The notes under the pieces: generated by a model
Databases searched by the model: none
Told to the model about the DNA's origin: nothing
What the model saw: the letters and a program-made list of their open reading frames with translations, nothing else
Shown: piece after piece, positions 27,081 to 32,000 of the stretch
How the letters are laid out: every line of letters begins with the position of its first letter
How positions within the stretch are numbered: the first letter of the stretch is position 1
From: Acaryochloris marina S15
GTDB taxonomy: Bacteria; Cyanobacteriota; Cyanobacteriia; Thermosynechococcales; Thermosynechococcaceae
Assembly (NCBI RefSeq): GCF_018336915.1
Contig: NZ_CP064923.1
Coordinates: 1,290,001-1,322,000, forward strand
Direction of reading: 5' to 3'
DNA: 32,000 nucleotides
Program-made: the position numbers and the translations under genes

Positions 27081-27214
27081 TATCTGAGGGATATAAGGAT
27101 ATATGGGTTAGCTTGAGGTTCGGCAATTTTGAGGGACCTAACCTGGATTGAGTACAATTGAGATTAGAGAAGAATTCTCTTCGTTTTTTACAGTTCCACC
27201 CTATACGTTTGGTT

Positions 27215-27784
27215 ATGTCTTCTGAAGTTCTGGTTGAAAAGCACAAACTTAAAAATCCTCCCCTGAATATTCACACCCTCGGTGATCGCGTGCTTAGACA
27301 ATCAGCCAAGCGAATTTCCAAAGTGGATGACGAGATTCGAGAATTGGCCCGCCAAATGCTGCAAACGATGTATAGCGCTGACGGCATTGGCCTCGCGGCG
27401 CCCCAAGTCGCCGTAGGCAAGCAGCTAATTGTGGTTGATACCGACCCAGAAGAACCGGCTAATCAGCCGATTATCCTGCTGAATCCTAAGATTCGTCGCC
27501 ATAGTGATGACTTAGCCTTAGGTCAAGAGGGTTGCCTGAGTATTCCTGGGGTGTACCTAGATGTCCGGCGACCCGCTGAAATCGAAGTTGCCTATAAAGA
27601 CGAGCAGGGTAGACCTCAAGTTATTGTGGCCACGGATCTGTTGGCACGAGTGATTCAGCATGAAATGGATCATTTAACGGGCGTTATGTTTGTAGACCGA
27701 GTAGAGAATAGCTTGCTGTTGAACCAGGAATTGACGAAGCAAGGTTTCTCAAAACAAGCAGTTAAACCTGTTGAAGCCGCTTAA
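27215..27784 (+). CDS. def: Peptide deformylase
   Basis: Motifs GIGLAAPQV, EGCLSIPG and QHEMDHL are present. ATG 27215 (MSSEVLVEKHKLKNPPL...) matches typical cyanobacterial Def N-termini. The track ORF starts at a TTG at 27158. Confidence 0.93.
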   Translation: MSSEVLVEKHKLKNPPLNIHTLGDRVLRQSAKRISKVDDEIRELARQMLQTMYSADGIGLAAPQVAVGKQLIVVDTDPEEPANQPIILLNPKIRRHSDDLALGQEGCLSIPGVYLDVRRPAEIEVAYKDEQGRPQVIVATDLLARVIQHEMDHLTGVMFVDRVENSLLLNQELTKQGFSKQAVKPVEAA

Positions 27785-27920
27785 GATTTTAGGAACGAGC
27801 ATCTAATATTTTTTCCTTTGATCTTGGCCTTCACGATACTTTGCACCATTGGAGTCGTTATTTTAGGTGCATAAACACGATATTTTAGGTGCGTAAACCG
27901 TATCGGTAGTTGGTGAAAAG

Positions 27921-29051
27921 GTGGAAGAACGCCCCTATTGGTTGGCTTGGTCGCAGATTCCAGGGATAGGTCCAGTTGTCCTTAAGCGTTTACAGCAGCG
28001 GTTTGGCACTTTGTCCTCGGCATGGTCGGCAGATGCTGCCGACCTAGGAACGGTAACGGGGATTGGGGCTCAAACCCTGAGGACCATTCAGAAGCACAGG
28101 CAATCTGGAAGGCCGACGGATCTACTGGCTCAGCATGTACAGAAGAATCCCAGTTTTTGGTGCATGGCGGATGAGGCATATCCTCGGATGCTCACGGAAA
28201 TCGCCGATTCTCCACCGCTGCTCTACTATCGAGGCCAAGTTCAGCTGTCTGAAAATCAGGGTAGTACCCCTATGGTAGGGATTGTAGGAACCCGAGATCC
28301 GTCTGAATATGCCAAACGATGGACTCGGAAGATTGCTTATGCCTTAGCAAAACGGGGAATAACGGTCGTGTCAGGGATGGCAGAAGGAATTGATACCCAG
28401 GCCCATTTGGGTTGTATTGAGGGTGGTGGGCGCACGATTGCCGTTTTAGGGACGGGAGTGGATATGATTTACCCACCCCGGAACCAAGGCTTGTACCAGA
28501 AAATTGAGCAACAGGGTTTGCTGTTGAGCGAGTATCCATCTGGTACACAACCCAATCGAGCCCATTTTCCCCGTCGTAATCGGATTGTGGCAGGTTTATG
28601 CCGAGCGTTGCTGGTGATGGAAGCCCCGACAAAGTCAGGGGCATTAATTACGGCATATCAGGCCAATGAGTATAATCGCGACATTTATGTTCTACCTGGT
28701 TCGTTGGATAATCCTCGGGCAATGGGCTGTTTAGGATTAGTACAACGAGGGGCTCAACTCATTTTAGGGATTGGTCAACTGTTGGACCAGTTAGGTACGA
28801 TTCCACCCTTATCACCAGACCCTGCTTCTAGCATTCCTGAAATTCCTTCTACACTGCCACCCGTGCAAGCAGAAATTCTGAAAACGGTGAGCCAGCTTTG
28901 CCAACAATCAGGTGATGGCTCTGTCCCTTTCGATCTGATAGTTCAATCAGTTGAACTATCAGCAGGAGAAGTATCGGGTGAGATACTGCAGTTAGAGTTA
29001 CAAGGTTTGGTTAATCAACTCCCAGGGATGAGATATGCCCCGAATTCCTAA
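27921..29051 (+). CDS. dprA: DNA-processing protein DprA (Smf)
   Basis: 376-aa ORF with YWLAWSQIPGIGP, a Rossmann-like core (GIVGTRDPS...VVSGMAEGIDTQAH...FPRRNRIVAGL) and a C-terminal winged-helix-like tail. It uses a GTG start. Confidence 0.9.
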   Translation: MEERPYWLAWSQIPGIGPVVLKRLQQRFGTLSSAWSADAADLGTVTGIGAQTLRTIQKHRQSGRPTDLLAQHVQKNPSFWCMADEAYPRMLTEIADSPPLLYYRGQVQLSENQGSTPMVGIVGTRDPSEYAKRWTRKIAYALAKRGITVVSGMAEGIDTQAHLGCIEGGGRTIAVLGTGVDMIYPPRNQGLYQKIEQQGLLLSEYPSGTQPNRAHFPRRNRIVAGLCRALLVMEAPTKSGALITAYQANEYNRDIYVLPGSLDNPRAMGCLGLVQRGAQLILGIGQLLDQLGTIPPLSPDPASSIPEIPSTLPPVQAEILKTVSQLCQQSGDGSVPFDLIVQSVELSAGEVSGEILQLELQGLVNQLPGMRYAPNS

Positions 29052-29091
29052 TGCTATGCCATAGATGTGATCTGAATGAGGATTAAAACTA

Positions 29092-29307
29092 TTGACACTT
29101 TCCCACACTCAACCCTGTGACGAATGCAGAAGCTCATATTTGGTCTCTCAGCCATGGATGGCCCATCTATGTCCTGAATGTGCTCATTATTTATATGGTT
29201 ATCCGAAGTGTGAGCATAACTTCTTACATGGGTATTGCAGTCTGTGTCATTGGGATGGTTCCGTCTCTAACTATATCCAGACGCTGAAGAATGAACATCA
29301 AGATTAG
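29092..29307 (+). CDS. Small Cys/His-rich protein (71 aa), a putative zinc-ribbon protein
   Basis: CDEC-x15-CPEC is followed by C-x-H-x3-H-x2-CSLCH. The TTG start at 29092 has GAGGA 9 nt upstream. The gene begins 40 nt after the dprA stop on the same strand. No family is recognised. Confidence 0.55.
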   Translation: MTLSHTQPCDECRSSYLVSQPWMAHLCPECAHYLYGYPKCEHNFLHGYCSLCHWDGSVSNYIQTLKNEHQD

Positions 29308-29345
29308 TCTGCTGATATGGGATTAACTTCATAAATAAACTGCCT

Positions 29346-30710
29346 CTAGTTAGAAGCAGTCGCCAAAGCTGACAGAGGTTCTCCGGTCAGGCTGAAAGGA
29401 CGTACCTCAATCACTTTTACCGAAATGATTTGGCCCCGTAATTCTTCAATTTTGCCAGGGAAGAAGGTGAGACGATTGCCCCGGGTTCGGCCCATAACTT
29501 GAGTAGGGTCTTTGGGATTTTGGTCTTCTACGAGCACTTCTTCGATGCGGTTGGCATAACGTTGCGATCTCAACTCCGCACACACTCCCACCAAGCGATT
29601 CAATCTCTGGAGCCGATCGGCTTTCACCTCTTCACTCAGCTGGTTGTCCCATAACGCTGCAGGGGTATTGGGACGGGGAGAATAGGCTGCCGTATTCACC
29701 AGATCGAATTCAATCTCTTCCACCAACTGAAAAGTCTTCAAGAACTGCTCTTCCGTTTCTCCCGGAAAACCGACAATTACATCAGCGCTAATGGAAGCAT
29801 CTGGCATCACGGCCCGAATGTTATCAATAATGCGGCGGTATTTCTCTTGGGTATAGCCTCGAGACATGGCCTTGAGAATATCGTTATCCCCAGATTGAAA
29901 GGGGATATGGAAATGCTCACACACTTTTGGCAGCTCATAACAAGCCTGAATCAAACGCTCCGTAAAATAGCGAGGATGGCTCGTGGCAAATCGAATTCGC
30001 TCAATGCCGGGCACATCATGGACAAAGTGAAGTAAATCTGTCAGATTATGCTGATGCCGTCCTTCTGGGGTTGTTCCGGGTAGGTCACGACCATAGGCAT
30101 CGATATTTTGTCCTAGAAGCGTCACTTCTTTGAAGCCTTGTTTTCCGAGCTGCACCATTTCGGCTCGAATGACCTCTGGGGTGCGAGATTGTTCTATCCC
30201 TCGAACGTTGGGGACCACGCAATAGGTACAGCGCTCATTGCACCCATAGATCACATTGACCCAGGCAGTGACGGTACTATCCCGACGGGGTTTGGTAATA
30301 TCCTCCACAATGTGAATCGGTTCCGTTGCCAACACCTGTTGACCGCTGGCCACTTGTTCTAATAAATCCTGGAGCCGATTGGCGTGCTGAGGACCCATCA
30401 CCAAATCTAGTTCGGGCACGCGACGAAGCAGGGTATCCCCTTCTTGTTGGGCCACACAGCCTGCGACGACTAAGGTTAAATCCGGTTGCGCATGTTTGCG
30501 CTTCGCTTGCCGCCCTAAATAGGAATAGACTTTGTGCTCGGCATTGTCTCGAATGGTGCAGGTATTGCAGAGAATCAGATTGGCGTCATCTGGGTTCTCA
30601 GACCATTGGTATCCCATATTTTCCAAAACCCCTGCCATCCGCTCAGAGTCAGCTTTATTCATCTGACAGCCATAGGTGGTGATGTGGTATCGGCGTGAAT
30701 CTGAACTCAT
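29346..30710 (-). CDS. miaB: tRNA-2-methylthio-N6-dimethylallyladenosine synthase (radical-SAM methylthiotransferase)
   Basis: [11 protein letters not shown] marks the UPF0004 domain, [11 protein letters not shown] is the radical-SAM CxxxCxxC motif, and a C-terminal TRAM domain is present. The internal Met ([18 protein letters not shown]) is the likely start. The track ORF extends to a GTG at 30776. Confidence 0.93.
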   Translation of the reverse strand: MSSDSRRYHITTYGCQMNKADSERMAGVLENMGYQWSENPDDANLILCNTCTIRDNAEHKVYSYLGRQAKRKHAQPDLTLVVAGCVAQQEGDTLLRRVPELDLVMGPQHANRLQDLLEQVASGQQVLATEPIHIVEDITKPRRDSTVTAWVNVIYGCNERCTYCVVPNVRGIEQSRTPEVIRAEMVQLGKQGFKEVTLLGQNIDAYGRDLPGTTPEGRHQHNLTDLLHFVHDVPGIERIRFATSHPRYFTERLIQACYELPKVCEHFHIPFQSGDNDILKAMSRGYTQEKYRRIIDNIRAVMPDASISADVIVGFPGETEEQFLKTFQLVEEIEFDLVNTAAYSPRPNTPAALWDNQLSEEVKADRLQRLNRLVGVCAELRSQRYANRIEEVLVEDQNPKDPTQVMGRTRGNRLTFFPGKIEELRGQIISVKVIEVRPFSLTGEPLSALATASN

Positions 30711-31086
30711 AAAGTTATGTAACGAAGTAAGAGGCTGAATGGGGCTGAAAAGAAGACTGTCCCTATGGTAATTCACTCAGGAATGGGTTCGCTAAAGTCA
30801 TTGTCTATAAACGGGTTGCCGTCCTAGGAATCCCGAGCAAAAACACCGATTGATCCCCAGATTATGTTATAAAAACATAAGTTTAGTTGTGTAAAGTGCT
30901 TTTGAGAAATATTGATTTGTCTTGCGATTAATTCAAGTCTCAAATGCTTTGCAATGTAGCCCCCTAAGGATCAGAAGCCCATATAACCCGTCCAAGTTTG
31001 AAGCATTACAGCATGCTTGGCTAATGGCAAGACTGATAGAGGGTGCTTGATCACATATTTCAGCTCAGGAGATTCCTAATTCAGCT

Positions 31087-32000
31087 ATGACTGCATCCCT
31101 TGTCAAGTCTGACCCTCAATTGCGGACGCTTACAGATCCGACGATTACCCTACAAGATGTTATCAAATCTCTGCCCAAGGATTGCTTTAAGCAAAATGCA
31201 GCGAAGGCTTGGACGGGTGCCATCATCAATGTGCTGATGGTCGCTTTGGGCTATGTAGCAATTATCAATTCTCCTTGGTATTTGCTACCCATCGCCTGGA
31301 TCTTTACGGGCACGGCCCTGACGGGTTTCTTTGTGATTGGTCATGATGCAGGGCATCGATCTTTTGCTAAAAACCGGTGGGTCAACGATCTGGTGGGGCA
31401 TCTGTTTATGGCACCTCTGGTCTATCCCTTTCATTGCTGGCGCATCCTGCATAACTTTCACCATACGCATACCAATGAGCTGGATGTAGATAATGCTTGG
31501 CGGCCTTTTGATGGTGCTGAATATGAAAGCCTGGATCCTGTCATTCGCACAGTCTATGAGCAAATTCGCGGCTATTTCTGGTGGGTCGGCTCTATCGTTC
31601 ACTGGGCCAACCTGCATTTTAACTGGAATTCCTTTGATGAAAAGGATCGAGATGATGTCAAGCTTTCTATTGGCGTTGCCGTATTGTTTGCTGCGATCGC
31701 ATTTCCTGCCATCATCTACACCGCTGGCATTTGGGGCTTCGTCAAGTTTTGGTTGATTCCTTGGATGGTCTACCACTTCTGGATGAGCACCTTTACCATC
31801 GTTCACCACACGGCGTCCGATATTCCCTTTCAACCCACTGAAGTCTGGAACGCTGCAGAAGCTCAGCTGGTGGGTTCAGTGCACTGTAAATATCCTGGCT
31901 GGGTTGAGTTTCTCTGCCACGATATCAATGTCCATGTTCCTCACCACGTTTCCACGGCGATTCCTTCCTACAATCTGCGCATGGCCCACAAAAGCCTGAA
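31087..32000 (+). CDS. desA: Acyl-lipid delta-12 fatty acid desaturase, 3'-truncated by the window edge
   Basis: My translation from ATG 31087 reads [15 protein letters not shown]...GHDAGHRSF...HNFHHTHTN...[22 protein letters not shown]...[10 protein letters not shown]. The three histidine boxes and overall pattern closely match Synechocystis DesA as I recall it. It is absent from the ORF track because it has no stop codon in the window. An omega-3 DesB cannot be fully excluded. Confidence 0.88.
   Translation, partial: MTASLVKSDPQLRTLTDPTITLQDVIKSLPKDCFKQNAAKAWTGAIINVLMVALGYVAIINSPWYLLPIAWIFTGTALTGFFVIGHDAGHRSFAKNRWVNDLVGHLFMAPLVYPFHCWRILHNFHHTHTNELDVDNAWRPFDGAEYESLDPVIRTVYEQIRGYFWWVGSIVHWANLHFNWNSFDEKDRDDVKLSIGVAVLFAAIAFPAIIYTAGIWGFVKFWLIPWMVYHFWMSTFTIVHHTASDIPFQPTEVWNAAEAQLVGSVHCKYPGWVEFLCHDINVHVPHHVSTAIPSYNLRMAHKSL

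Noticed and set aside
31285-31833. 182-aa ORF on the minus strand, plus an 87-aa plus-strand ORF at 31493-31756
   Set aside because: The region is fully explained by desA on the plus strand in another frame, with clear histidine boxes and DesA-like sequence. The 182-aa product is low-complexity with no recognisable motifs, so it is an antisense shadow ORF.
1-32000. Search for CRISPR arrays, tRNA/rRNA genes, transposases, integrases, toxin-antitoxin pairs or known defence cassettes
   Set aside because: I saw no periodic repeat-spacer structure, no tRNA-like T-arm or acceptor motifs in the intergenic regions, and no ORFs with recombinase, transposase, nuclease-NTPase or reverse-transcriptase signatures. 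HIP1 density is uniform, which argues against a recently acquired island.

Overview
This window looks like ordinary chromosomal core DNA from a cyanobacterium. Supporting this are 11 exact HIP1 octamers (GCGATCGC) and the genes petB-petD, a CurT/CAAD protein, desA and a fused cbiG-cobJ. Positions 1-6160 on the minus strand hold the large ribosomal-protein operon in canonical order, from rplC through rplD, rplW, rplB, rpsS, rplV, rpsC, rplP, rpmC, rpsQ, rplN and rplX to a truncated rplE. rpsJ is absent, as is usual in cyanobacteria. The rest is mostly housekeeping or conserved genes: cobO, cbiG-cobJ, proB, rdgB, rnhA, an HD-domain dNTPase-like protein, an S41 C-terminal processing protease, def, dprA, miaB and 5'-partial desA. 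desA runs off the window end and is therefore missing from the ORF track. Several membrane or hypothetical proteins fill the gaps. I recognised no rRNA, tRNA, CRISPR array, transposase, integrase or known defence cassette, and I cannot honestly point to a clear novel multi-gene system. Five things deserve a second look. (1) A ~1.06 kb ORF-free, AT-rich spacer between petD and def carries two long perfect hairpins and is a candidate sRNA or regulatory locus. (2) A 385-nt structured leader lies upstream of rplC and contains mutually exclusive pairings. (3) A two-TM membrane-protein gene next to a membrane-anchored pentapeptide-repeat gene is split by a frameshift. (4) RNase HI carries a ~100-aa C-terminal extension. 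(5) A small Cys/His-rich ORF sits directly downstream of dprA. Coordinates I read by hand for hairpins and repeats may be off by 1-2 nt.
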